Below, piece by piece: positions 25,736 to 34,174 of a DNA stretch of 64,000 bases. Below the pieces are notes generated by a model, which made no database searches, had not been told where the DNA came from, and saw only the letters and a list, made by a program, of their open reading frames with translations. Position numbers and translations under genes: made by a program. Source of the DNA: Candidatus Saccharimonadia bacterium. Lineage in GTDB: Bacteria; Patescibacteriota; Saccharimonadia; Saccharimonadales; JALRHH01. Within the stretch, counting starts at the first letter, position 1. Every line of letters starts with the position of its first letter. The stretch covers positions 128,199-192,198 of the forward strand of contig JALRHH010000002.1 in assembly GCA_023253175.1 (NCBI GenBank), in the 5' to 3' direction.

Positions 25736-26440
25736 TCAGTAAAGGGCACCTGTCTTCGTCAACTTAAGGGCACCAAAATCAGGAATCTCTTCCTCTACTT
25801 TACGATAAAAGTCGACCATAATACCGCACAACCCTTCTGGACTAATTGGCCGAATACCTATGGATTGAAGCATTTGGTATATTTTAAGGTAATGCTCGAC
25901 TTCTTTCGAATACCCGTGACTATTGAATTCTTGCTTCTGAGTATTATTCACTATTCTCATGAAACACGAACCAACCACCTGAAGCCAGGGATAATCAGCA
26001 CGGTCATGACTGAACTTGGGATACCAATCTCGTAAACCAAGAAGGCGCTCGGTTTCAAGCAACAACCCTTCAATAGAATTAAAATGCACTATACTTACTA
26101 GGCGTGCCGGATGATCCCATAGCAACGAATCCTCTGAGGCAACATCATGAAAAGGGTCGGCCGGTATGTCCGGAATACCTACATAGGGTCTCATCGACTC
26201 ACCTATCATGACTCGCCCCCACTTGCTGAACTTTTGCAGTCCTCTGTTCCACGAGTCGTCTTGGAATTTCTCTGCGATCTCCTGAGTAGCAACAACCAGA
26301 TCCGTGCTATTATTCGGAACAAAATCGATGCACACATCATACCCAAGATGCTGCAGAGCCTCTAGCTGAATAAGCCCATCATTGTATGGGTCTGCTGGAT
26401 AAAATCCTATTAGCGCCTCACGATCCTCAATAAAGTTCAT
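25736..26440 (-). CDS. Hypothetical protein
   Basis: ORF only. Start moved to MNFIED (26440), because TTGCTT-18-TATAAT lies within the track's N-terminal extension, 9 nt from this ATG. Confidence 0.5.
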   Translation of the reverse strand: MNFIEDREALIGFYPADPYNDGLIQLEALQHLGYDVCIDFVPNNSTDLVVATQEIAEKFQDDSWNRGLQKFSKWGRVMIGESMRPYVGIPDIPADPFHDVASEDSLLWDHPARLVSIVHFNSIEGLLLETERLLGLRDWYPKFSHDRADYPWLQVVGSCFMRIVNNTQKQEFNSHGYSKEVEHYLKIYQMLQSIGIRPISPEGLCGIMVDFYRKVEEEIPDFGALKLTKTGALY

Positions 26441-26547
26441 ATTGAAAATATTATAATAACTAATTTGTATATTAAGCAATGTTATTACTAAATGTGATGT
26501 TGTAAAAAGTATTTTCTGATCAGAGCGAAAAGTGTACAATACTGCTT

Positions 26548-26853
26548 ATGAATACAATTCCACAGATAGTGGCGGCCAGCAACGCTACGGCAGACATTGC
26601 ATACTACGTATGTATTGTTTCGTTCTTTATTGCTGGCGGGGTGGCAATTTTTCTACTCTGGGATAAAGTACAGGAGCACAACAAGCAAAGCGGCAAGAAA
26701 ACTGCTCGTGTCGTAAAGCCAAGTGCCAAAAGAGCACCTGCGAAGAAAGCTGCGGCAAAAGCAGCACCAAAGAAAGCCGTAGCCAAAAAGGCACCTGCGA
26801 AGAAGCCTGCTACTAAAAAGGCACCTGCAAAGCGCACAGCTAAAAAGAAATAG
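26548..26853 (+). CDS. Membrane-anchored protein with histone-H1-like Lys/Ala/Pro-rich tail
   Basis: One TM (YYVCIVSFFIAGGVAIFLLW), then about 55 aa of AKKAAAKAAPKKAVAKKAPAKK repeats. Confidence 0.6.
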   Translation: MNTIPQIVAASNATADIAYYVCIVSFFIAGGVAIFLLWDKVQEHNKQSGKKTARVVKPSAKRAPAKKAAAKAAPKKAVAKKAPAKKPATKKAPAKRTAKKK

Positions 26854-26872
26854 GTAGAGAAAACCTATCTAC

Positions 26873-26905
26873 GAAAATACGGCCTCCAACGGGCCGTATT
26901 TTTAT
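26873..26905. terminator. Bidirectional intrinsic terminator
   Basis: Stem ATACGGCC (26877-26884) / GGCCGTAT (26892-26899), with an A-run before and a T-run after, between convergent genes. Confidence 0.7.
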
Positions 26906-26924
26906 GGGATGAGGGGGACAGTAT

Positions 26925-27281
26925 TTAAACGGGGTCTCGGCGGCCAATACTGACAAGTCGTACCGCGATACCTATAATTACCGCATAGAACAACATGGCG
27001 ATCAGCGTCTCAAACTCAAACCTTGAGACTCCGAACTGAGGAGTGTAGTTAAATAAGCCAAAGAATGGTGCTACTAATGGATGACTTGTATCATATATGA
27101 AATTCGCGAAGGCGTTTGTTTGATTTGCCCCGAACAGTGACAAAACAAATCGGAATGCCAAAAGTGCAAAAATAATAAATCCAGCTAGGCTGATGAGTCT
27201 CGCCAACATATTAGATCCGCGGCTCACCCCATCTTCCCTATCAACTAAAACTGCTCTGTCTGCATGATGTGCGTGTGCCAT
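26925..27281 (-). CDS. YggT-like small membrane protein
   Basis: Two TM segments flank a segment (IYDTSHPLVAPFFGLF) reminiscent of YggT. SD AAGGAGG lies 5 nt upstream. Confidence 0.5.
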   Translation of the reverse strand: MAHAHHADRAVLVDREDGVSRGSNMLARLISLAGFIIFALLAFRFVLSLFGANQTNAFANFIYDTSHPLVAPFFGLFNYTPQFGVSRFEFETLIAMLFYAVIIGIAVRLVSIGRRDPV

Positions 27282-27345
27282 GTAAACCTCCTTTAGTTAC
27301 TACTAAAAGTCTACAGTTATCTAACTATTCACGCTGTGAGGTTTT

Positions 27346-28350
27346 TTACGCTGACTGCAATGCGAGGGCTTCGTTGAGCGTATCAATCAGTTGCTGCGCG
27401 GATTCGGCAGCCATCAGTACCTCACGGAGCTCTTTTGCTCCATCAAAGTCACTGATGTACACCTTGCAGAACTTATTCAATGTGTGAATTGGGCGCTCAC
27501 CATCCTGCCACTGCGCCGCGAATAATGTCACGTGCTGCTTATACAGATTAATCCTCGTCTCGCGGTCAATATCTGCCCACGGTGACTGCGGCGCAAATGC
27601 ATATGGATCTTGGAAAATACCACGGCCAATCATCAGTCCATCAAGACCATACTTCTGAGCGAGTTCCAGGCCATGCTCATGACTCATCACATCACCGTTT
27701 CCGACAATAATGGTGTCAGGGGAGATGCGATCACGGAGCTTCACGCCCTCTCCAATAAGTTCCCAATTAGCTGGTACTTTGCTCATTTGTTTCTTGGTCC
27801 GGCCATGAATCGTTAACATGTTAAGCTTTTGTTCAAGCAAGAACTCAATCCATGTCATGTCGACTTCGTTGAAGCCCACACGTGTCTTCACACTGATTGG
27901 CAGCTGGCCAGCAAGCCCCGCCTTAGTAGCATTAATGATCTCAAGCGCCAGTGGCCTATTTTTGATGAGTGCACTACAGGTACCGTTTTTGACCTCTGAT
28001 TTCGCAGGACAACCCATATTAAGATCCACGCCCGCAAAGTTTACGCCCTCCGGCAAGCCCAACTCACGCGCCAGACTGCCATCAGCCACCTGCTCTGCCG
28101 TTTTACGGAAATTTTCGGGGTTCTTGCCCCACAGCTGAATAACAAGCGGTCCTTCTGTCTCTGTAAAACGAACTTTTTTGAGCAGCTTTGGGCGGCCAAC
28201 GCTCTGCAGACCGTCAACATTTACAAACTCAGTAAAATATAGGTCTGCCGGCGCGGTTGCATGCACCATACGGCGAAACACCGTGTCAGTCACATCATCC
28301 ATAGGTGCCAAAATAAAAAAAGGCTTCGGTAAGGTTTCCAATAAATTCAC
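27346..28350 (-). CDS. tRNA-dihydrouridine synthase (Dus family)
   Basis: FILAPMDDVTDTVFRRM, the NMGCP catalytic-Cys region, TIM-barrel length. Confidence 0.9.
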   Translation of the reverse strand: MNLLETLPKPFFILAPMDDVTDTVFRRMVHATAPADLYFTEFVNVDGLQSVGRPKLLKKVRFTETEGPLVIQLWGKNPENFRKTAEQVADGSLARELGLPEGVNFAGVDLNMGCPAKSEVKNGTCSALIKNRPLALEIINATKAGLAGQLPISVKTRVGFNEVDMTWIEFLLEQKLNMLTIHGRTKKQMSKVPANWELIGEGVKLRDRISPDTIIVGNGDVMSHEHGLELAQKYGLDGLMIGRGIFQDPYAFAPQSPWADIDRETRINLYKQHVTLFAAQWQDGERPIHTLNKFCKVYISDFDGAKELREVLMAAESAQQLIDTLNEALALQSA

Positions 28351-28359
28351 AGCAGTTTA

Positions 28360-29541
28360 TTATACCGCCATAGAGTGATTTGGTACAGGTTCGTAAATCC
28401 TATTCAAGGTATCTGCTGCAAGCTGGCTAAATCCATCCTGCTTATTAACACTTTGGAATACTTTTTGCCAGAATAGCTCGCGGAGCGCCTGGTCTTTGAT
28501 TGCATCAATAATAATGGGACGCGCCTTATGCACAGTTGTCTGCATGCTAACAGCGAGTATATGTGCCGCCGTCTCTTCATCAGGAGCCAGCAGTGTGTAC
28601 TTGTCACCGACTGTCTTGTGTTTGGCCATGTCATCAGTTTGTCGATCAGTTTTCGTGCGCAGTGGGTCAGAACTAAAGTGAGCTGGGTGTTCCCTAAAGT
28701 CGATTAGGTCTACATAGCGTACAAGCGCTGCGATATCGTAGGTTTGCCCGTCCCGCGGCTTAGTCGCAGCCCGTAGACTAGAACTCTGGTTGGCAGTGCG
28801 CGCCATAAACTGCAACTTACGAAGCTCCATCTGAGAATGACGAGCATTCTGCAGATAATCCGCCCACTCATTCACTACACTCATGACAGCATTCATGCCA
28901 GAAGTCTTGATTTCCTCACCCTTTAATCCATTGTTTTGGGCTATTTTCTGCTGCCTCATAAAGATCATGTTCAGGTATTCATTAATACCCTCTGGATACC
29001 TTGGATTATGGACGAACTCGAGTAGTTTTACAGCCTGGTTCTTTTCCTGATTGGTTGTCGGCAAGAAGCCAGCCCGCTCGTCATCGCGTAAAATAATAAG
29101 TTTGTCACTTGGATCCCTTATGGGTTCTACTTCAGCAACTAACTCACGGGGGAATATAGGTGGGTTAGTACGTTCATTGATACGTCGGGCTGAATCAAGC
29201 TGGGCTGCTCGTAACTTAGCTGCCTCCCAATTACTGTCCTTCACTGGACCAAAATCAGGCAAAAAATCGCCGGGCCGCAGACCCTCTAAGTAACTTTCAC
29301 CTCGAGATAGTGGTGAGTGCTTACCAGCCTGTCCCTCCCTGCGGTGCTGTGTTTTAAGCCTTTCGGCAGCAACTGCCTGCGTAGTCCCTTCAAGCGTCAA
29401 CGCTTCAGGCTGTACGGTTACTTCTGCAAATGACCCTTCCGGATACACACCAATAATCTCAGCAGGAGCTGTTCTACTTATAGCGACATGTAATAATTCG
29501 CCTTGTTCAGATGATTCTTCCTGTTGCCGAGGAGAGGTCAT
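28360..29541 (-). CDS. Hypothetical protein (393 aa)
   Basis: Long ORF immediately upstream of dus. No motif recognised. Confidence 0.55.
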   Translation of the reverse strand: MTSPRQQEESSEQGELLHVAISRTAPAEIIGVYPEGSFAEVTVQPEALTLEGTTQAVAAERLKTQHRREGQAGKHSPLSRGESYLEGLRPGDFLPDFGPVKDSNWEAAKLRAAQLDSARRINERTNPPIFPRELVAEVEPIRDPSDKLIILRDDERAGFLPTTNQEKNQAVKLLEFVHNPRYPEGINEYLNMIFMRQQKIAQNNGLKGEEIKTSGMNAVMSVVNEWADYLQNARHSQMELRKLQFMARTANQSSSLRAATKPRDGQTYDIAALVRYVDLIDFREHPAHFSSDPLRTKTDRQTDDMAKHKTVGDKYTLLAPDEETAAHILAVSMQTTVHKARPIIIDAIKDQALRELFWQKVFQSVNKQDGFSQLAADTLNRIYEPVPNHSMAV

Positions 29542-29583
29542 AATAGGCGTATTATATCACGCTTATGCAGATTTTGCAATAGC

Positions 29584-30318
29584 TTAGTTGTCGACTACTC
29601 TATTGTAGCCGCGCTTTTCCAGGCCAATACCGATCCCTGGCAGGTGAGCCAACCCCCATATTAACGTAAATGAAGCATCGGCATTATCCTGCAGTGCTCG
29701 TTCAACCGCCTGAAGCGCCACCTCATTCCGGTCGCCAACAATCACCTTTTCATATACGGCGGCGTGAGGATCATCCGGGACAGGATCATCAAGTGTTCCC
29801 TCTTCCAGAATGAATTCACGCAGTCCTTTTCGTTGGTCGGGTCGGAGTCCCCGAACCAAAGATAGCACTTCCGTCATACGCCGAGCCCTTTCCGTAAGGC
29901 ACTGAGATGGTAGTCTCTGGACAATTTCCAGCGCAGTCAAGTCATGGTTTTCCCAGCCTCTCGTATCCATATTGTCATTGCCATGGTAGCGAAAGCCCTG
30001 GTGATCAGTCTGATGAGTGAGCTCAAGTAAGTCAGCAATGTGCCGTGCGGCACGTTCGCGGCGCTGTAGGGCATCGTATTTAAGCTTTGTGAGTCGATCT
30101 ACCTGCTCCAGCTCGTCTTCTTCGGCGGAAAGGATGAGTTCATAATGAATGGTACTGCCGGCATCCTGCCTGGCAGCGATATATTGATAAGCCTCATCAT
30201 ATGGCGTCGGATCTGGCAGCCAGTGAACCATGCCAACAAGCGCTACATCACCGGCTCTTTCGGGATGCTGATATCGTACAATCGGTAAGCCACTTTCAAT
30301 CTGAAGTCTATCTGACAT
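29584..30318 (-). CDS. TraB/GumN-family-like protein
   Basis: N-terminal VALVGMVHWLPD and C-terminal VGDRNEVALQAVERAL...LIWGLAHLPGIGIGLEKRGY resemble the TraB/GumN pattern, recalled from memory. Confidence 0.5.
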   Translation of the reverse strand: MSDRLQIESGLPIVRYQHPERAGDVALVGMVHWLPDPTPYDEAYQYIAARQDAGSTIHYELILSAEEDELEQVDRLTKLKYDALQRRERAARHIADLLELTHQTDHQGFRYHGNDNMDTRGWENHDLTALEIVQRLPSQCLTERARRMTEVLSLVRGLRPDQRKGLREFILEEGTLDDPVPDDPHAAVYEKVIVGDRNEVALQAVERALQDNADASFTLIWGLAHLPGIGIGLEKRGYNRVVDN

Positions 30319-30343
30319 ATATTGTATATATTATACAATATTT

Positions 30344-31459
30344 TTACTCCCAGCGGAAGACCTTGAAGGCAATCAGGTAGATGATGACCGTCCAGCCGAG
30401 CATAATACCGATCTCTGGGGCAAGATCAATAAGGTTGGCATTCTCTGTAATTGTCAATCGAACCGCATCAACAACAGAGGTAAGCGGAATGAACTGCGTA
30501 ACCTTTTGAAGAAGCTCCGGCATGAGGAAGGTCGGGAAAAATACCCCCGACAGAAACATCATTGGAAGGGTCACAAGCTGCGCGAGTGGTGCCGCCTGGT
30601 TTTCGTTCTTTGCCCATCCACCAAGTGCTAAACCAATTCCAAAGAGCATGACTGTACCCAGTATAACCACCAGTGCAAGCACCAGATAATTACCGCGCAT
30701 ATTGAGATCGAACATCGTGACCGCCACGGCGAACATCATACCGACCGCGAGCAGACCAATGAAGGCATTAGATATAACATTGGCCACAAAGTACTGCCAC
30801 ACCTTGAGGGTAGTCGTGTGGTATCGACGTAGTACGCCGCGCTGCTTTAGCCGCGGAAATACCTGCGTTGGGCCAAAGATGCCAAGCGACAATAACGTAA
30901 ACCCAAGAATACCAGAGAAGGTGTAATCGAACTTGGTCAGCCCCTTTGTATCGGTTGTTTCCGCCTTCACAGAAAACGGTACGTCATGTGGCACCAGTTT
31001 ATCGTTTATCTCGCCAAAGATACTCTCCATTATTGAGGTAAGGGTCTGAGCGGCCTGCTCATTACTCTTGTCATACAAAACCTGTGCCTGTCCGGCTGGA
31101 TACTTGTTATTCTTTATCTGTCCAAAGGTATCAGGCAAGATGATTGTTGCGTCCAGCTGTCCTCTGTTCATCTTCTCGCGGGCGTCATCAACCGACACGA
31201 CCTCTTTATCAATATCGAACACATCGTTTGAGCGTAGCTGCTTTTCAAAATCCTTTGCAAAGTCTGCTTGTGACTGGTTGACGAGACCAACCTTGAAGGA
31301 TACATCACTGGTGTTATTGAAAATACTTCCAAAAATAATTAAGAAAATCAGTGGAAAGAAAAAGACAAAGAAAATAGCCACTTTGTCACGAAATAGACGT
31401 TTAATATCAATTTTTGCAAACACAATAATGGGTAAGAGTGCTTTTTTAATACGATTCAT
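30344..31459 (-). CDS. ABC-2 type transporter permease
   Basis: N-terminal TM, external domain, C-terminal 5-TM ABC-2 membrane domain. Its start lies 1 nt after the ATPase stop. Confidence 0.8.
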   Translation of the reverse strand: MNRIKKALLPIIVFAKIDIKRLFRDKVAIFFVFFFPLIFLIIFGSIFNNTSDVSFKVGLVNQSQADFAKDFEKQLRSNDVFDIDKEVVSVDDAREKMNRGQLDATIILPDTFGQIKNNKYPAGQAQVLYDKSNEQAAQTLTSIMESIFGEINDKLVPHDVPFSVKAETTDTKGLTKFDYTFSGILGFTLLSLGIFGPTQVFPRLKQRGVLRRYHTTTLKVWQYFVANVISNAFIGLLAVGMMFAVAVTMFDLNMRGNYLVLALVVILGTVMLFGIGLALGGWAKNENQAAPLAQLVTLPMMFLSGVFFPTFLMPELLQKVTQFIPLTSVVDAVRLTITENANLIDLAPEIGIMLGWTVIIYLIAFKVFRWE

Positions 31460-31460
31460 G

Positions 31461-32228
31461 TTAGTCCCTCAATGCCTTTCCTGTCAGATCAATAAAGACA
31501 TCTTCAAGGTTAGCCTGTTCGACATGCTGTTCCTTTTTGAAGCCACGCCTTAAGAGATCTTTGACTAAATTCTTTGGGGTATCGAGCGCAATGATCTTGC
31601 CATGATCCATAACTGCGATACGGTCACAGAGCAGCTCCGCCTCGTCCATGTAGTGCGTCGTGAGAATGACGCTGACGCCGCGGTCTCGCACCTCTTTGAT
31701 CAAATCCCAGAGGTTCCGGCGTGCCTGCGGGTCAAGGCCTGTTGTTGGCTCATCAAGGAAGAAAACTTTTGGACCGTGCACCAGCGCTGCCGCAATTGAG
31801 AATCGTTGGCGCTGGCCGCCGGATAGCTGTTCTGGATATGCATTGGCTTTCTCGAGAAGTTGTACGTCCTCAAGGAACGCTTTGGCATCGACTTTTTCGC
31901 CATATGTTGCGGCGAAGAATTCAATCAGTTCGACCAGTTTTGTTTTTTCTTCGAAGGAAGGAGTTTGCGGTTGCACGCCAATGAGCGCCCTAATCTTGTC
32001 TGGATTTTTGGCGACATCGATACCCGTAATGGTGGCTGTGCCGCCATCGATTGGCCGCATCGCCTCAAGCATTTCGAGTGTCGTAGTCTTACCCGCCCCA
32101 TTAGGACCGAGGATTCCAAAGACTTCTCCCTCTTTTACATCAAATGAGATCCCGTCAACAACGTTCTTTTTGTCATACGTTTTGACGAGATCGGTTACTG
32201 TTACGATCGTTTTATCAGTTTTTCCCAT
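31461..32228 (-). CDS. ABC transporter ATP-binding protein (ABC-2 subfamily)
   Basis: Walker A GPNGAGKTT, signature LSGGQRQRFSIA, Walker B VFFLDEPTTGLD. Start placed at MGKTDK (32228), because the terminator at 32267-32289 overlaps the longer version. Confidence 0.9.
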   Translation of the reverse strand: MGKTDKTIVTVTDLVKTYDKKNVVDGISFDVKEGEVFGILGPNGAGKTTTLEMLEAMRPIDGGTATITGIDVAKNPDKIRALIGVQPQTPSFEEKTKLVELIEFFAATYGEKVDAKAFLEDVQLLEKANAYPEQLSGGQRQRFSIAAALVHGPKVFFLDEPTTGLDPQARRNLWDLIKEVRDRGVSVILTTHYMDEAELLCDRIAVMDHGKIIALDTPKNLVKDLLRRGFKKEQHVEQANLEDVFIDLTGKALRD

Positions 32229-32266
32229 GAGTTCTACTGTATCAGATGTTTCCACTGAATAGAAAA

Positions 32267-32294
32267 ACACCCCGTGCGAGCCAGGGTGTTTTCG
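32267..32294. terminator. Hairpin terminator after the 65-aa gene
   Basis: ACACCC (32267-32272) / GGGTGT (32284-32289), flanked by A- and T-runs. Confidence 0.5.
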
Positions 32295-32315
32295 GTTGTG
32301 CTATTTAGGGCTAAA

Positions 32316-32513
32316 TTAGCCGCGCTTTACAGTCAAGAAACCGTTGCGTGGGTTTTCGTTAACTACAAAACCTGCAGGAAGGTCAGTCGCTTCTGGGCGC
32401 TCGTCCTTGCTGAAGTAGTAGATTGTCTGTTCCTTGCCACCACGAAGAACAACGTTCTTTGAGTTTAGGTAGTAAGTAACACCCTTCGAGTTCGTGTGCT
32501 TGTATCCAGCCAT
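32316..32513 (-). CDS. Small conserved-looking hypothetical protein (65 aa)
   Basis: ORF with upstream TTGACA-18-TATGGT on the reverse strand. No function recognised. Confidence 0.55.
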   Translation of the reverse strand: MAGYKHTNSKGVTYYLNSKNVVLRGGKEQTIYYFSKDERPEATDLPAGFVVNENPRNGFLTVKRG

Positions 32514-32604
32514 GTAGATTCCCTCTCTTACATTATGTGTTGGTACTTCCTACCATACTCTGGGGTAATTTTATTTGTCAACAATTTTTACAGATAATAA
32601 CACC

Positions 32605-32633
32605 TTGAGTCATCAGCCTACCCCTGTTATATA
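32605..32633 (+). promoter_or_regulatory. Candidate promoter of the 32749 gene
   Basis: TTGAGT (32605-32610), 17-nt spacer containing CTACCCCTGT, TATATA (32628-32633). Confidence 0.4.
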
Positions 32634-32748
32634 ACAAAACATTTTTATTGCATGAATACTGTATCCACAGGAATTTAGAGATAGATATTGCACAGCATGG
32701 CGCTTATGCATTACACTACCCCTATTGTTAAGGAAAGGTGGATAACAC

Positions 32749-33402
32749 ATGGAGTGGATGAATCGCGGCGATCAGCGCCAAGGTCAACCTGCTGGGCAGC
32801 AAAGTGCCCCCGCAGCTCAAACAGCTGCAAAACAAAAAGTAAGTCTTAAGGCGATTAGGTCGCTTAAGATTGCACAAGTTGCATTACTCTTCAGCGTAAC
32901 GGTTCTTATCGTTGCAGTTGTATGGTTTGTGGCTCTTGGCAATAGTGGCAGCAAAGAAGCTGGCTACGTAGATAAGAGTAAGCTTCAGGCAGTCTTCCTA
33001 AACGGCGGACAGGTTTACTTTGGCAACATCAACGATCTTAACGGCAAATTCCTCAGCATGGAGAACATTTACTACCTCCGTGTTAATCAGCAGGTTCAGC
33101 CTAACCAGTCTAACAACACAAGTAACGACATTTCACTTGTAAAGCTTGGTTGTGAGCTTCACGGTCCACAGGACAGTATGGTCATCAACCGCGAACAGAT
33201 TATCTTCTGGGAAAACCTAAAGGATGACGGCCAGGTAGCTAAGGCAGTTGCTAACTACAAGGAACAGAACCCTGGTGAGCAGAAGTGTGAAACAAACAGC
33301 GGAAGTAGCAGTACTAACTCTACAACTACAAACAGTAGTTCCACTGGTAACAACACAACTACAAACTCAAACAACTCTACTACAAACAGCTCTAATCGCT
33401 AG
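32749..33402 (+). CDS. Hypothetical membrane-anchored exported protein with Asn/Ser/Thr-rich tail
   Basis: N-terminal TM (VALLFSVTVLIVAVVWFVAL), globular domain, C-terminal low-complexity NSTTTN repeats. Confidence 0.6.
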   Translation: MEWMNRGDQRQGQPAGQQSAPAAQTAAKQKVSLKAIRSLKIAQVALLFSVTVLIVAVVWFVALGNSGSKEAGYVDKSKLQAVFLNGGQVYFGNINDLNGKFLSMENIYYLRVNQQVQPNQSNNTSNDISLVKLGCELHGPQDSMVINREQIIFWENLKDDGQVAKAVANYKEQNPGEQKCETNSGSSSTNSTTTNSSSTGNNTTTNSNNSTTNSSNR

Positions 33403-33417
33403 TTCGTAGAATCTACC

Positions 33418-33453
33418 AAAAATATCCCCGATCTACGGGGATATTTTTATTAT
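33418..33453. terminator. Bidirectional intrinsic terminator
   Basis: ATATCCCCG (33422-33430) / CGGGGATAT (33436-33444), loop ATCTA, with an A-run before and a T-run after. Confidence 0.75.
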
Positions 33454-33563
33454 TCAGGTGAAACACCCTAATCTGGCTGGATGTAAACCAGTGAAACTGG
33501 GACAGACTGAGATTAGCCCGGATGGCCAGGTAAAGATATACCGGGCGTAAGCTAAGGGCATCT

Positions 33564-34166
33564 TTACTGCTGCAAGTTATGCTTGAGCCACAGCACTGAT
33601 AGTGACCGCACTATCGCCAGAAAGACAAGGAACGCGAGCAGTACAATACTCCATCCAGCCAGATCAGGCGACCATGCTGGTGAAGCAAAATCGAACTTAT
33701 ACAAACTATCAGGGATCGGTTTACTACTCATGGTCCCATGGGTTGTCATATAGTCCTCAATACACTGGATACGATTGAGCGAACGGCCAGTTGGGATTTG
33801 CGACTCACAGTAAGCCTGGGCCTGAGTAGCAAGCGCGCCGTTATTGGGCTCTGCAGCTTTTTGCGCAGCCATGAGCCTTTCGTATCGATACTTGAGCTGA
33901 ACGGGAGGATACGCGCCGTTAGGAGATGATAGCTCCGTATTCATGTGAGCATACACATATTCTCGTAGGTCGCGGAGCGCCTTCTCGACATCGCCATTTT
34001 CCTGATCCACCTTCAAAACCTCATCGCGGAGCGCTATGGCATTAAGATTGTTTTGACGCAGCGAATAGACGGCAACACCGGCAGTAACAATGATAGCAGC
34101 CACGAAATACCATGCCGAAACGCGCTTTATCTGCTTAAGCAAGTGATGTAAGTGTCTTTTATGCAT
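33564..34166 (-). CDS. Hypothetical protein with N- and C-terminal TM anchors
   Basis: ORF with hydrophobic segments at both ends. No motif recognised. Confidence 0.6.
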   Translation of the reverse strand: MHKRHLHHLLKQIKRVSAWYFVAAIIVTAGVAVYSLRQNNLNAIALRDEVLKVDQENGDVEKALRDLREYVYAHMNTELSSPNGAYPPVQLKYRYERLMAAQKAAEPNNGALATQAQAYCESQIPTGRSLNRIQCIEDYMTTHGTMSSKPIPDSLYKFDFASPAWSPDLAGWSIVLLAFLVFLAIVRSLSVLWLKHNLQQ

Positions 34167-34174
34167 AATTTCCC

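Noticed and set aside
26690-26850. Short-period nucleotide repeats as a possible tandem-repeat or CRISPR-like array
   Set aside because: The periodicity is codon-level (GCx AAR CCx) within an open frame encoding a Lys/Ala/Pro tail. There is no spacer/repeat organisation.
31660-32262. 200-aa forward ORF inside the ABC ATPase gene
   Set aside because: It is antisense to a gene with Walker A/B and signature motifs, and it has no features of its own.
33454-33563. Possible small structured RNA (SRP/4.5S-like) downstream of the 33564 gene
   Set aside because: Several short stems are present (CTAATCT/AGATTAG, CCAGT/ACTGG, CCCGG/CCGGG), but none of the conserved SRP domain IV sequence (GGAA-type loop with its flanking motif) is there. 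It is more simply the 3' UTR before the shared terminator.
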